NCBI GenBank assembly: GCA_038064835.1
Contig: JBBTSD010000007.1
Span: forward strand, 4,893 to 68,892
From: Patescibacteria group bacterium
GTDB lineage: Bacteria > Patescibacteriota > Minisyncoccia > Phycocordibacterales > UBA2100
Length of the DNA: 64,000 bases
Direction: 5' to 3'
Both the position numbers and the translations under genes were made by a program. Below, one piece after another: positions 38,314 through 48,053 of this stretch (the first letter of the stretch is position 1; the number at the start of each line of letters is the position of its first letter). The notes beneath the pieces are model-generated. The model was not told the DNA's origin and searched no databases. It saw nothing but the letters and a program-made list of their open reading frames with translations.

Positions 38314-39417
38314 TTACTGACTGATAAAGGTTGCAATTTTCTCAGCGCGGGTGGACCAGCTGAAGGCGGATACTTTTTCTTGTGCCTTGGCACACAACTC
38401 CTGTGCAAGTTGGGTATCTTTAAAAATTCGTTCGACACCCTCTGCAAGCGCTTTCGGATTATCCGGTGGAACAAAAAGCGCTGCACCATCGGCAACCCAG
38501 CGGGTACTTGGTAGGTCGGAAACAACGATTGGGCGATTGGATGCGAGGTGTGCAATAAGTTTTAAGGGTGATGTGAAGCGGACCGATATCTCACTCTTTC
38601 CAGTATTTGGTACCACCAATGCATCCGCGGCGGCCTGATTATTGGCAAGCTCAGAATACGGTTTAAACCCCAGAAAAGTAACTTGAGGGTACTTTTTTGA
38701 AAGTTTAATAACCTGCTCTCTCTCGCCACCAATCACTACGATTCTGACTGCGCTTGGCAAAATTTTCGATGCCTCAAGGAGAGTATCTGTGCCTTTCCAG
38801 CCATCAAGACGGCCTATGTAGAGAACTATTTTTTCGTGTAGCGGTAGACCGAGTCTTGTGCGTGCCGTTTCTTTTGATTCAGGGCAAGCAAAGTCTTCAA
38901 GGTCAATACCGTTTGAAATGGCCAAGAGACGCTCTGCTGGAACACCCTGCTCTTTGTAAAAGTCGGCTGCACCTTCGGTAACCACAATCATTTTTTTTGC
39001 ACGGCGCGCAGTGTAGCGCGCCCATATATTCCAGGATCCGTCGTGGGACTCCCAGACTATTTCTTTTCGGGTAAGCAGTCCAAGAACCGTCAGAACAATT
39101 TCGTCACGGCCGTAGATAATGTCAGACACACGATTCCTTGTATACCACACCGCCGCAAGACCAAACGCAAGGGATTGAAAAATGTATCCGATTCTTCCCC
39201 ACCCAACTGTGTCAATCGTAAAAAGCCGTACCAGCGGAAAGGTTATCTTAATGTTGTAGTAAGAAAACGCGTCAGTAGTAATCGGGCTTCGTCGGTTTGG
39301 TGCCACTAGTTCCACACCGTTCCCTACGCGCACAAAGGCTTCACATGCTTTCATTACCTGCACTCCGTGCGCTTTTTCAGTCGGAATCCGTATGTTTGCC
39401 AAATAAGTAATCTTCAT
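38314..39417 (-). CDS. GT4 (group 1) glycosyltransferase
   Basis: 367 aa; GT-B profile; ADALVVPNTGKSEISVRF...SNRPIVVSD region. Confidence 0.75.
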   Translation of the reverse strand: MKITYLANIRIPTEKAHGVQVMKACEAFVRVGNGVELVAPNRRSPITTDAFSYYNIKITFPLVRLFTIDTVGWGRIGYIFQSLAFGLAAVWYTRNRVSDIIYGRDEIVLTVLGLLTRKEIVWESHDGSWNIWARYTARRAKKMIVVTEGAADFYKEQGVPAERLLAISNGIDLEDFACPESKETARTRLGLPLHEKIVLYIGRLDGWKGTDTLLEASKILPSAVRIVVIGGEREQVIKLSKKYPQVTFLGFKPYSELANNQAAADALVVPNTGKSEISVRFTSPLKLIAHLASNRPIVVSDLPSTRWVADGAALFVPPDNPKALAEGVERIFKDTQLAQELCAKAQEKVSAFSWSTRAEKIATFISQ

Positions 39418-39419
39418 GG

Positions 39420-40049
39420 TTATGTGCGATGAGTAAGCACGAAAAAGTGATGATACTGGTTGTCGAAAGGTACGAACTCTTTTTGTACAACAAAGTGCTG
39501 TTCAAGAACCTTCCGAAATCTGCGAGCTGGGTACCCTCTCTTTCCCAGCTCCCAGTAGTGCTGTCCGGTAAAGGTATGTTTGAGCGGAACGGGAACCTTA
39601 CAGGCAAAGCGAATGTCAGGTAGGAAAGGAATTTTGCATGAAAACCTGATGGACGGACCAAAATGCGGGACGCTTACTAGCACACCTTTCCGGGCCACAC
39701 GGGCCAGTTCCGCAACCGCCTGAGGAACCTGCTCGAATGGTATATGCTCAAGTACTTCAAACGCACACACCACATCGTATGATTTATCAGCACACGGAAG
39801 CGCGGTAATCGAGCCATTGATGTCGGCACCCACATCATCAGCTATGTCGACACTGGTGTAGCGAACATCTGTATTATTTTTAAGATAACTGGCGATCACC
39901 CCATCACCTACCCCGACCTCGAGCACTTCTTTTGGTTCCATACGCAAAATCTCCGAGAGCTGGTGATGATAGCTTACCCAACGGTCTAAGCCACAGTAGC
40001 GCCAGAAGTTGTATGCCGAACGATCTACTTGCTTTTTGAAAGTATCCAT
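39420..40049 (-). CDS. class I SAM-dependent methyltransferase
   Basis: VLEVGVGDGV SAM motif; CAFEVLEHI motif II; start at ATG 40049 (M72 of the track ORF). Confidence 0.7.
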   Translation of the reverse strand: MDTFKKQVDRSAYNFWRYCGLDRWVSYHHQLSEILRMEPKEVLEVGVGDGVIASYLKNNTDVRYTSVDIADDVGADINGSITALPCADKSYDVVCAFEVLEHIPFEQVPQAVAELARVARKGVLVSVPHFGPSIRFSCKIPFLPDIRFACKVPVPLKHTFTGQHYWELGKRGYPARRFRKVLEQHFVVQKEFVPFDNQYHHFFVLTHRT

Positions 40050-41122
40050 AGCAATTGTTGCATGAGGTTTAAAAGTGAATGTTGTTCGCGCACTACACGA
40101 ATTGCTCGTTCTCGAATCTCCACTTCTTCTCGAGGGTTCGCATGTGAAAACCAAGCGATAGCTTCGGCAAACAACTCCGGGCGAAGCTCGTCGACAACGA
40201 GGTGGCGCTCTATCCTCTGCATAATAGGACGGACTGCCTCGCTCGCAGAGATTACCACACATCCTGCCGCCATGGCCTCAAGCACGGCTTTGTCGAGACT
40301 TCCTGTAGCGCTCGCGTGCAGAAAGGCATCTGCCTTTGCGAGCACCCCCGGCATTTTTTTAGGGTCGATAGACCCGTGAAATTCTATAAACCTTTCCGCA
40401 TTGAGTTCGTGCACTCGGTTTTTAAGACCTTGTAGATATTCTTTATCACCTTCTGCTGTGGGACCTCCCACAATCGAAAAATGATACGGTATGCCGTACC
40501 GAGGGAGAAAGGCCATAGCTTCGATAAGCACATCAATGTTCTTCGTCGGTGTGATACGACCCGCGGTAATAAACCGGTAGACATCACCACGCGCAGGCCG
40601 CTCAGATAGAAACAAACTCGCATCAATACCATGTCCTGTCACAACTTTCTTTGGTGTCTTAATACGGAAGCTCTCGGGTGATGCTGTGCACACTGTGTGT
40701 GCAAAAAAAGTTGCCAGACGAAGCGTCAGCGTAACGCTCTTGTGGGTATACCACAAGACGATACGCTTTTTCATCAATCGCCATATGAGACCACCGAGGA
40801 CGATGTACTCGGGATTCATGTGCACGAAAACAGCATTGTATGGTCGTGCGTCTGCAAGTATGAAACGGTAAAAGCGTTGTATCCGCACAAGACGAGATGT
40901 GCCCACTTCTTTGCCCAGCGACAGTACATGCACATTGGACGGGAAATCATGCTCCCCTTCCTCTAGGCAAATGACAGTCACCGACTCGCACTCTCGCGCA
41001 AGCATCTCAATCCAGGTATGAAAGAAGCCCAGTATTGGATGTGTTCTATCAACAACTTGCGTCGTGACGAGGATACGAATCTTGTTCCCAGAATCCAACG
41101 CCATGTCAGTATAGTGCTCCAA
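40025..41122 (-). CDS. GT4 (group 1) glycosyltransferase
   Basis: 365 aa; AFLHASATGSLDKAVLEAMAAGCVVI E-x7-E region. Confidence 0.8.
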   Translation of the reverse strand: MEHYTDMALDSGNKIRILVTTQVVDRTHPILGFFHTWIEMLARECESVTVICLEEGEHDFPSNVHVLSLGKEVGTSRLVRIQRFYRFILADARPYNAVFVHMNPEYIVLGGLIWRLMKKRIVLWYTHKSVTLTLRLATFFAHTVCTASPESFRIKTPKKVVTGHGIDASLFLSERPARGDVYRFITAGRITPTKNIDVLIEAMAFLPRYGIPYHFSIVGGPTAEGDKEYLQGLKNRVHELNAERFIEFHGSIDPKKMPGVLAKADAFLHASATGSLDKAVLEAMAAGCVVISASEAVRPIMQRIERHLVVDELRPELFAEAIAWFSHANPREEVEIRERAIRVVREQHSLLNLMQQLLWILSKSK

Positions 41123-41151
41123 GCTGAGCCACCTGTCTATTGCGCCCTGTA

Positions 41152-42018
41152 TTAAATCTTCGTGCCGTACACACCTTTGAGTAGCTCGATGTCTTTCTTG
41201 GTTGCTTTCAAGAGAGAGATGTTTTTGTCTTCAAGAGCACGCAAAAGAGCAAGGGTTTTCTTGTCTGCTTTTTTTTGCTTTTTGTAGTCACTACGGAGTG
41301 CTGCAAAGTCTTTGATAAAGCAATGCCCGCCTGCGCCTCTCCCTGGTTTTGCCCCTGGGTGTCGACTGACATCTACCACCTTGAAATGCGATTGTCCAAT
41401 TCGGGGATCTGCGCCTACTGCCTCGCGAAAATTATTCCAATCACACCCATACGCTTTTGCAATATCATAAAACGCGTTGGCGAACACCACTTTTGTGTAC
41501 AAAAAGCAGTTGGCTGCATATTTCACCAGCTCAGATTCACGCGAAGAAATTATTTGTGTGAACGGGGCGTTCGGGAGAACGCTCATTACTTTTTCTGCGG
41601 CCTCGCGTTGTGCGGGGGTGTCGCGTGAAATACCGATAATGTTCCGTGTCGGGTGGGCGGCATCGTGCGCGGCAGTAGATTCAACCAGAAATTCAGGTGA
41701 GTGGAAAACAATTTTCTTTGGATACTTCTTTTGAAGTCTTTCCGTACTCCCCGGAAGCATGGTGCATTTAATGACGGCGATTTTCCCATCCCCCACCAAA
41801 GAGAGCACCTGGCCAACAGTACTATCATCAAATCCTTTCGGTGTTGTTGGCGCCGGGACGGCTATAAAAACTACATCACAGCCTTTGATATGGTCCTTAT
41901 TCTGCGCATAGGGAGCGCTTCTCGTATACCGGACCACATCAAATCCCCTCTTCTCAAAGTCATCGGCGTAGCTCTTGCCAATGAAGCCCTGCCCTATGAA
42001 ACCTATACGCATCGGCAC
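41152..42018 (-). CDS. truncated UDP-glucose/GDP-mannose dehydrogenase family protein (second short paralog)
   Basis: 288 aa; IGFIGQGFIG; SPEFLVES; catalytic GAGGHCFIKD; no C-terminal nucleotide-sugar-binding domain. Confidence 0.65.
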   Translation of the reverse strand: MPMRIGFIGQGFIGKSYADDFEKRGFDVVRYTRSAPYAQNKDHIKGCDVVFIAVPAPTTPKGFDDSTVGQVLSLVGDGKIAVIKCTMLPGSTERLQKKYPKKIVFHSPEFLVESTAAHDAAHPTRNIIGISRDTPAQREAAEKVMSVLPNAPFTQIISSRESELVKYAANCFLYTKVVFANAFYDIAKAYGCDWNNFREAVGADPRIGQSHFKVVDVSRHPGAKPGRGAGGHCFIKDFAALRSDYKKQKKADKKTLALLRALEDKNISLLKATKKDIELLKGVYGTKI

Positions 42019-42192
42019 ATGCTATAGATTCGAGGCGCTAAGTCAAGATTTACTGCGGCTAGCGAGGAGCGAAATGATAGGAGCGAAACGAACTCTCATT
42101 TCCTCTGAGTGACGACGCAGAAAGGTCCATCCCAGGGACCTTTTCCCGATGGCGAAAAACTGGTATAACGCGCGTAGGCATGGGAGTACACG

Positions 42193-43155
42193 ATGGATTA
42201 TCCATTCCACATATTCGGCTTGGGCAGTAACGATCCTTTCGCGGCCCTTATCGCTGAAAGCCTGAAAGTTCCTTTGGGAAAAATGGAACGAAAGCCGTTT
42301 AGTGACGGTGAGATCTTTCTACGGTTCCATGAGAACCTCCGAAGAAAGCATGTGTTTTTGGTGCAGTCCACAAACCAGCCTGATAGCAATTTGATGGCTC
42401 TTGAAATCGCCATAGACGCTGCCCGGCGTGCCTCGGCAGGAGAAATAACTGCGGTCATACCATACTTTGGCTATGCGCGTCAGGACCGAAAAAACGGCCC
42501 GCGCCAGCCAATTACCGCATCGATGATTGCGCTTAAATTGGAAGCGTTGGGCATCGATCGTGTTATCACCATGGATTTGCACGCGAACCAGATTGAAGGA
42601 TTCTTTCGTCACACACCAGTGGACAATCTCTACGCACGGAAAGTGTTCACTCCGTATCTCAAAGCAAGATTTGCGGATCCTATTGCGCGCAACAATCTTA
42701 CCGTAATTGCTCCGGATGTAGGAGCGGTCGGCCGAGCACAGTCATACGCCGTACGAATGATGGATAAGGCTCGATTGGCAATTTTCCACAAAGGACGCTT
42801 GAAGCCAAACGAAGTCGACGAGATGATACTTGTCGGCGATGTGACCGGCCAAGAATGTTTGATTGTTGACGACATGGCTGACACCTGTACCACACTCGCG
42901 CGATCTGCGGAGATCCTGATTGAACGAGGTGCGACAGAAGTGTATGCGGCGGTCGCGCATGGAGTACTGTCGGGAAAAGCACTCGAACGACTTGAGGCAT
43001 CACCCATAAAGAGACTTTTTATCACAGATACCATTGCTCAAGTACGGAGTAGTCCGAAGCTAGAAGTCGTATCTGTTGCGGGGTTGTTTGCTGAGACTAT
43101 TGCCCGCGTTGAACGAGGAGAGTCTGTGAGTGTTTTGTTCGAAGACACCCACTAG
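42193..43155 (+). CDS. prs: ribose-phosphate pyrophosphokinase (PRPP synthetase)
   Basis: 320 aa; DLHANQIEGFF and PRT-type PRPP-binding motif ILVGDVTGQECLIVDDMADT. Confidence 0.9.
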   Translation: MDYPFHIFGLGSNDPFAALIAESLKVPLGKMERKPFSDGEIFLRFHENLRRKHVFLVQSTNQPDSNLMALEIAIDAARRASAGEITAVIPYFGYARQDRKNGPRQPITASMIALKLEALGIDRVITMDLHANQIEGFFRHTPVDNLYARKVFTPYLKARFADPIARNNLTVIAPDVGAVGRAQSYAVRMMDKARLAIFHKGRLKPNEVDEMILVGDVTGQECLIVDDMADTCTTLARSAEILIERGATEVYAAVAHGVLSGKALERLEASPIKRLFITDTIAQVRSSPKLEVVSVAGLFAETIARVERGESVSVLFEDTH

Positions 43156-43157
43156 GT

Positions 43158-43188
43158 AAAGCCGGTCGCTACGCGACCGGCTTTTTGG
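43158..43188 (+). terminator. intrinsic terminator after prs (gccggtcgc-tac-gcgaccggc + TTTTT)
   Basis: 9-bp GC-rich perfect stem plus 5-T run. Confidence 0.8.
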
Positions 43189-44203
43189 TTGTCGCAATAT
43201 CTTCGCAGTAGCGGTTCACATATTCGTCAAAGTCGGCATACGGGTAGTTCTTGAGAGTCGCTTGCCGACTACCACTTTCAATCCAGCGTAGAGCAGCGTC
43301 AGCAAACTCTTCTTCATGTGCAATCATCGCTCCTGCCTCCTGCCCTACACCCACGGGGGTAGACAGTACCGGGATACCGGCCGCCAGAGCTTCGATGGTC
43401 ACCATGCCGTACCCTTCGTATCGCGACGAGACAAGCACCAAATCAGCCTGAGCAAGAAAATATTTTATGTTTGGTTGCTCGCCCACCAATAATACAAATC
43501 GTTCGAGACCAGCATCTTTTGCTTCGCGGACAAGTCGTTCTTTGAGAGATCCTGTGCCGATAATGGTAAGACCTGCATCATGATGTGCATTACGAATTGT
43601 CTTAAGTGCACGAATACACAGAGAAAACTGTTTCTCACTCTCAAGGCGTCCGATAGCGAGCAGTGAAATTTTGAATTGAGGGTGTTTAAGACGGGGAATC
43701 TTTTCAAATGAATGAACATCTACAAATATAGGGAGTACGGTGCTTGGTGTTTTTATACCCTGCCTCTGGAGCGCTTCGCGAATACCTTCCGACACCACCC
43801 GAATGTGTGAGGCGCGTCGCAAAACAAAAGCTGCCACGAGACGCCGAATCCGATTTAGAAAATGATGCGCCTTGTATCCCGGCCCAAATACATCGGTGTG
43901 GACCTGTACATGAAGTGCCTTTTTGAATATGAACGAGCAAACCCATGCAACGAACCCTGTTTCGAATGGATCTTGCGTCGAAATGATGTCTGCAAGTCGA
44001 GCTTCACGAATTACCGTGCGCATACTGGCGGGGTATGCGTGCGCACTCTCACCAAGACTAATCGCAGTAAGTCCGTGCCTGCGTCGTGAAAAAACCAAGA
44101 CCACATACGATTCGAAGTACTCTGCATACGCCTGCTGTCTTTTATACACCGCGGTACCCGGCTTGAGAATATTTCTATCAGTTGAAAAAATAACTACGCG
44201 CAT
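43169..44203 (-). CDS. GT4 (group 1) glycosyltransferase
   Basis: 344 aa; RYEGYGMVTIEALAAGIPVLST E-x7-E region. Confidence 0.8.
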   Translation of the reverse strand: MRVVIFSTDRNILKPGTAVYKRQQAYAEYFESYVVLVFSRRRHGLTAISLGESAHAYPASMRTVIREARLADIISTQDPFETGFVAWVCSFIFKKALHVQVHTDVFGPGYKAHHFLNRIRRLVAAFVLRRASHIRVVSEGIREALQRQGIKTPSTVLPIFVDVHSFEKIPRLKHPQFKISLLAIGRLESEKQFSLCIRALKTIRNAHHDAGLTIIGTGSLKERLVREAKDAGLERFVLLVGEQPNIKYFLAQADLVLVSSRYEGYGMVTIEALAAGIPVLSTPVGVGQEAGAMIAHEEEFADAALRWIESGSRQATLKNYPYADFDEYVNRYCEDIATTKKPVA

Positions 44204-45294
44204 ACTTTTTTAAGTAATTCCGACAAACCGGCAACAGTGGCCGCAACTGTGAACTTTTCAGCACGCCGTTTTGCAGTAGCAACGCGTAGCGCAATTTCTG
44301 GAGAGAATTCGAGTGTCTGCTGTATCGCTTCGGTTAGCATCTTATCATTATGCATGGGAACAATCGCCGCTTGCGAGCTGTCTTCTGCAACCTCCCTATT
44401 TCCTGGTATATCCGAGACCACTACAGGAACACCAAGCATCATCACCTCGATAAGGGTGTGTGGCAGTCCTTCGTACGATGAATTAAGCACAAAAACATTG
44501 GCTTCTTTACAAAAGCCCAACATTTCTTCCCTGGGTAAAGATCCAGTGAGTTTCACCCTCTGTTGCAAACCAAGTTCTTGGATAAGAGCTTCAATCTCCT
44601 GGCGAGATGGACCTTCTCCAATTAGTACCAGGTGCCAATTACCCTGTGCAGTTGCGCGAATGATTCCTGTGAATTCTTTCCATGGAGTCAAGCGTCCCAC
44701 AGCAACTACGAGAGGGTGTGGCATGTTAACAGTTTTTCGAGTGTGCTCTGGGAGACTTATCCCGTTATACACGACTGCCACTCGTGATTCGGTGACCCCC
44801 CAGCCCAGTACAATCTTTTTCAGATAGTTACTAGGGACAATGACTTGTGTTGCATTCCGAGCTACAAGGAACTGCAATGCGCGTAAAAACAACAAGTAGG
44901 GATGTCGCGGCCACCGCGGAAACTCATCCAGACCCACTGTCACACCAAACCGTTGTCTGCCCTGCTCCCACACATGGTCCCCGACAATTTTTACTACAAA
45001 CGCGCGCCGCAACAGGTATGCGGCAAGAAACGAAGGCCACCCGACACTCAAGGCGTCCTGTGCATATACAATATCCGTTCGTCGGGCGTGCGAAAAAATT
45101 GAAAAGAAGTAACTGATGTGAGAGGCGACTTTTGGCAAATGCCGAAAGCGCCCAAACGGTAGAACATCTACCACAAACCCCAACGCAGGGAGGTGTTCTT
45201 CCAGAAGTGGCACATAGGTAGCCGGCCCCCCGATATCGGGTGGATATATCCCTGTAGGAACCAGAAGTCGAATGGGTGTATCTTTGTCCATCAC
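44194..45294 (-). CDS. GT4 (group 1) glycosyltransferase
   Basis: 366 aa; SYEGLPHTLIEVMMLGVPVVVS E-x7-E region. Confidence 0.8.
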   Translation of the reverse strand: MMDKDTPIRLLVPTGIYPPDIGGPATYVPLLEEHLPALGFVVDVLPFGRFRHLPKVASHISYFFSIFSHARRTDIVYAQDALSVGWPSFLAAYLLRRAFVVKIVGDHVWEQGRQRFGVTVGLDEFPRWPRHPYLLFLRALQFLVARNATQVIVPSNYLKKIVLGWGVTESRVAVVYNGISLPEHTRKTVNMPHPLVVAVGRLTPWKEFTGIIRATAQGNWHLVLIGEGPSRQEIEALIQELGLQQRVKLTGSLPREEMLGFCKEANVFVLNSSYEGLPHTLIEVMMLGVPVVVSDIPGNREVAEDSSQAAIVPMHNDKMLTEAIQQTLEFSPEIALRVATAKRRAEKFTVAATVAGLSELLKKVCA

Positions 45295-45339
45295 GCTACT
45301 CTAGCGCACCCACGCACGCCAAGCGAGTGCCCCAATTTG

Positions 45340-46281
45340 CTAGAGCCAGGGAAAACCTCTGCCGAAATGTCCCCATTGTGCTGTTTCTTCATAGCGAGGT
45401 TTGTTGAGTGAAAGGAATATGCGAATACCACGAGGCGTGAGGTCGTACCCACGAATTGGTTCGGAATTCCCATCAAGCGTCGCGACTGCCATGAGGGCAC
45501 TGGGGTGGCCAATTGCGTAGGCAAGCTTTACGAAGACGGTGCGAGCACCTCTTTTTTTCAAGAGATCTACCGCAATCCGACGCGCCATATATGCCCCGGA
45601 TCGGTCAACTTTACTAGGATCCTTTCCTGAAAAAGCTCCTCCTCCCACGGCAATTTCAGGGCCATAGTTATCCACCACGATTTTTCTCCCGGTGAGCCCT
45701 GTGTCCGCATCAAACCCTCCAACACTCCAATCGCCCGCGGGGTTAAGGTGGTATTCATCCGCAGGGACAATTTTCTTTGCAATTTTTTTCAACTCGCGTT
45801 GTGACACATTTTGAAAACTTGCGACTACGGAACGCACTGAGCCGTCATCTGCGATCGTAACCTGTGTCTTCCCATCGTATGGGTGCAGCGCATAAATCGC
45901 TTGGCATAATGTTCGTGCAAGCTCATACTCGCGTGGCATGTAGGTAGCAGTTTCCGCCGTTGCATAACCTGTCATGATCCCCTGATCGCCCGCACCACCC
46001 GTATCGACTCCGCGAGATATTTCTGGACTTTGTTCAACAATATGTATCCGCACATCAAACCCTGGACCTGCGATTGTGCGCACAATTCGATGTACATCAG
46101 GCATCTCGGCATCGGCACTTACCTCTCCTGCCACCGTGATAGTGCCATGAGCGCCCAGGGTCTCTACGGCAACACGCGCCTGCGGATCTTTGGTCAGATA
46201 TGCGTCTAGTATCGCGTCCGAAATACGGTCGCACAACTTGTCCGGATGTCGTGGAGACACCGATTCACTCGTTTTCATCAT
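45340..46281 (-). CDS. metK: S-adenosylmethionine synthetase
   Basis: MMKTSESVSPRHPDKLCDRISDAILDA N-terminus and GGGAFSGKDPSKVDRSGAY motif; start at the ATG pair 46281/46278 rather than the upstream in-frame extension. Confidence 0.9.
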   Translation of the reverse strand: MMKTSESVSPRHPDKLCDRISDAILDAYLTKDPQARVAVETLGAHGTITVAGEVSADAEMPDVHRIVRTIAGPGFDVRIHIVEQSPEISRGVDTGGAGDQGIMTGYATAETATYMPREYELARTLCQAIYALHPYDGKTQVTIADDGSVRSVVASFQNVSQRELKKIAKKIVPADEYHLNPAGDWSVGGFDADTGLTGRKIVVDNYGPEIAVGGGAFSGKDPSKVDRSGAYMARRIAVDLLKKRGARTVFVKLAYAIGHPSALMAVATLDGNSEPIRGYDLTPRGIRIFLSLNKPRYEETAQWGHFGRGFPWL

Positions 46282-46312
46282 AGAAAAACGATTAGCTAAT
46301 AGCGTAGCAACT

Positions 46313-46458
46313 AAAAACGCGCTATGCGCGCGTATCGAGGAGGTTGCATCTTCCCTGGTTTCCCAGGATGGAATTCGCACCTTGCAAAGAATTATCCAAG
46401 CAGGTTGCGGATGGGGGTCTTTTTCGGGCCATAGCCCTCCCCCACACTCTCGATACAT
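46313..46458 (-). promoter_or_regulatory. SAM-I (S-box) riboswitch with terminator-type expression platform in the metK leader
   Basis: minus-strand RNA UAUCGAGAGUGUGGGGGAGGGCUAUGGCCCGAAAAAGACCCCCAUCCGCAACC...GGUGCGAAUUCC...AGAUGCAACCUCCUCGAUA carries the GCAACC, GGUGC-AAUUCC and kink-turn elements with P1 pairing UAUCGAG/CUCGAUA; followed by CGCGC-aua-GCGCG + UUUUU immediately before the metK ATG. Confidence 0.75.
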
Positions 46459-46802
46459 ATTCAGTTGTAGAAACAGTATACAGCGCACCAATATGCAGAC
46501 AAGCGGCGCTGGGTTAGCGCCGCACTTCAGGATATTTGAGCGAGACCATGGCCAGTGCAAAAGGGTTCACAAGAAGAGTACACATCAAAAAACCATTACA
46601 CATCATTCCCGCTACGAATAGCGGACCAAACGGATACATGGGCATGTGGCTACTCCTTACACCATCGACAAGTAAGGTCTGAACAAAAGTCGTAGAAAAT
46701 TATGGATATGTCGAAGAAGAAAAAAGTGAAATATATCCGCAGATACATTGAGCTTTTTTCTTCGAGTCAGAGCCATAATTTTCAAGACTTGGTGTTCAGA
46801 GA

Positions 46803-48041
46803 TTAGTTGGAGATGGTGTTGCCTTTCACAGAATGCTCTATCTTGAACAGATGGTCAAACACCTTTTTTTTCATATCTCTCGCAATGATATCCCAGTCAT
46901 ATTTTGCGAGCACCATGTCTTTGGCATTTTTCACAACCTCCCGGACCTTTTCAGGACGCGCCGTGATATCGCGTACAGCATCCGCAATTTGCTTCGGCGA
47001 ATCTTTGTCTACTGCCCACCCGGTCGTTGGCTTGTCGGGGTTCCGTCTCTCATCAAAAAGAAAATCTGAAATGCCACCCTCATGTGTGGCAATGACCGGC
47101 ATTTCTGCTGCCATGGCTTCCATAAATGATGCGCCAAATCCTTCAGAGCGTGATGGTCGAATGAATATGTCGCACGCCTTGAGAAGTAGCGGCATCTCTG
47201 TGTGACCAATCTGCCCTTCAAAATGTATGCGGTGCTCAACCTTTTTTTCTTTTGCAAGTGTTCTCAACATGTCCTCATCTGGCCCTGTTCCGTAAATAAC
47301 AAAATGGACACGCTCTGGAAGAAGTGCTATGGCTTGTATAACATCGTCGACTGCATTTTTTGTAACAAGTCGTGAAGTGGTCACTAGAAACACATCGTTT
47401 TCGGTTTTACCGAGCTTTGCCCGTGCTCCACTTAATTCTTCAGCAGAGTACGCCTGCATAAAATGTTGAGCTGCAACGGCATTTGGAATTATTTCGATAG
47501 GTCCAGAAAAATTTCGAGCACGAGCCCATTTCGCAAGAAAAGTCGATAACGGCTGAATGATATCGGCCATGGTAAAAGCTCGCGTAAACAAAGGCCAGAC
47601 CGGGCGCATTTTTGCTTCGATATAATCAACCGGGTCACCTTCTTGCAGGTTGAGTACATATCCCACTTCTGGATGCACCATCTTAAAGATGGCGGCCGGT
47701 ACTCCCGTCGAGTGCGCCATCATCGCCCACATGGCATCAAAGTGGTATTTTCGATGTAGCCGGATTGCCTTCCACGCCGCAAGAAATTGATATAAAGGTT
47801 TATTGAAATTGAGGGGCCACTTTTTGAGATCGGCCATTGATGGATTGTGAGTAACAATACCAATACGATGCACAATGATATTCCCGATTTTCTCCTCCTT
47901 GGGAAGCGTGGCATCGAACCGATTTGTCACCATATGAAACTCAATGTCTGGCATCCGTTCAGTTATTTCCTTAATAGCGACCTCTGCGCCCCCTACATGT
48001 TTCGGGAAGTACGCAAGCGAAAATATAAGAACCTTTTTCAT
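46803..48041 (-). CDS. GT4 (group 1) glycosyltransferase
   Basis: 412 aa; N-terminal LIFSLAYFPKHVGGAEV; C-terminal RSEGFGASFMEAMAAEMPVIAT E-x7-E region. Confidence 0.8.
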   Translation of the reverse strand: MKKVLIFSLAYFPKHVGGAEVAIKEITERMPDIEFHMVTNRFDATLPKEEKIGNIIVHRIGIVTHNPSMADLKKWPLNFNKPLYQFLAAWKAIRLHRKYHFDAMWAMMAHSTGVPAAIFKMVHPEVGYVLNLQEGDPVDYIEAKMRPVWPLFTRAFTMADIIQPLSTFLAKWARARNFSGPIEIIPNAVAAQHFMQAYSAEELSGARAKLGKTENDVFLVTTSRLVTKNAVDDVIQAIALLPERVHFVIYGTGPDEDMLRTLAKEKKVEHRIHFEGQIGHTEMPLLLKACDIFIRPSRSEGFGASFMEAMAAEMPVIATHEGGISDFLFDERRNPDKPTTGWAVDKDSPKQIADAVRDITARPEKVREVVKNAKDMVLAKYDWDIIARDMKKKVFDHLFKIEHSVKGNTISN

Positions 48042-48053
48042 AGGAGCATGTTA

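Noticed and set aside
44237-44827. 196-aa plus-strand ORF
   Set aside because: Antisense to a GT4 gene with clear E-x7-E signature; S/T/C-rich low-complexity translation
46190-46621. 143-aa plus-strand ORF
   Set aside because: Overlaps the metK start and the SAM-I riboswitch on the opposite strand; the region is explained by the metK leader
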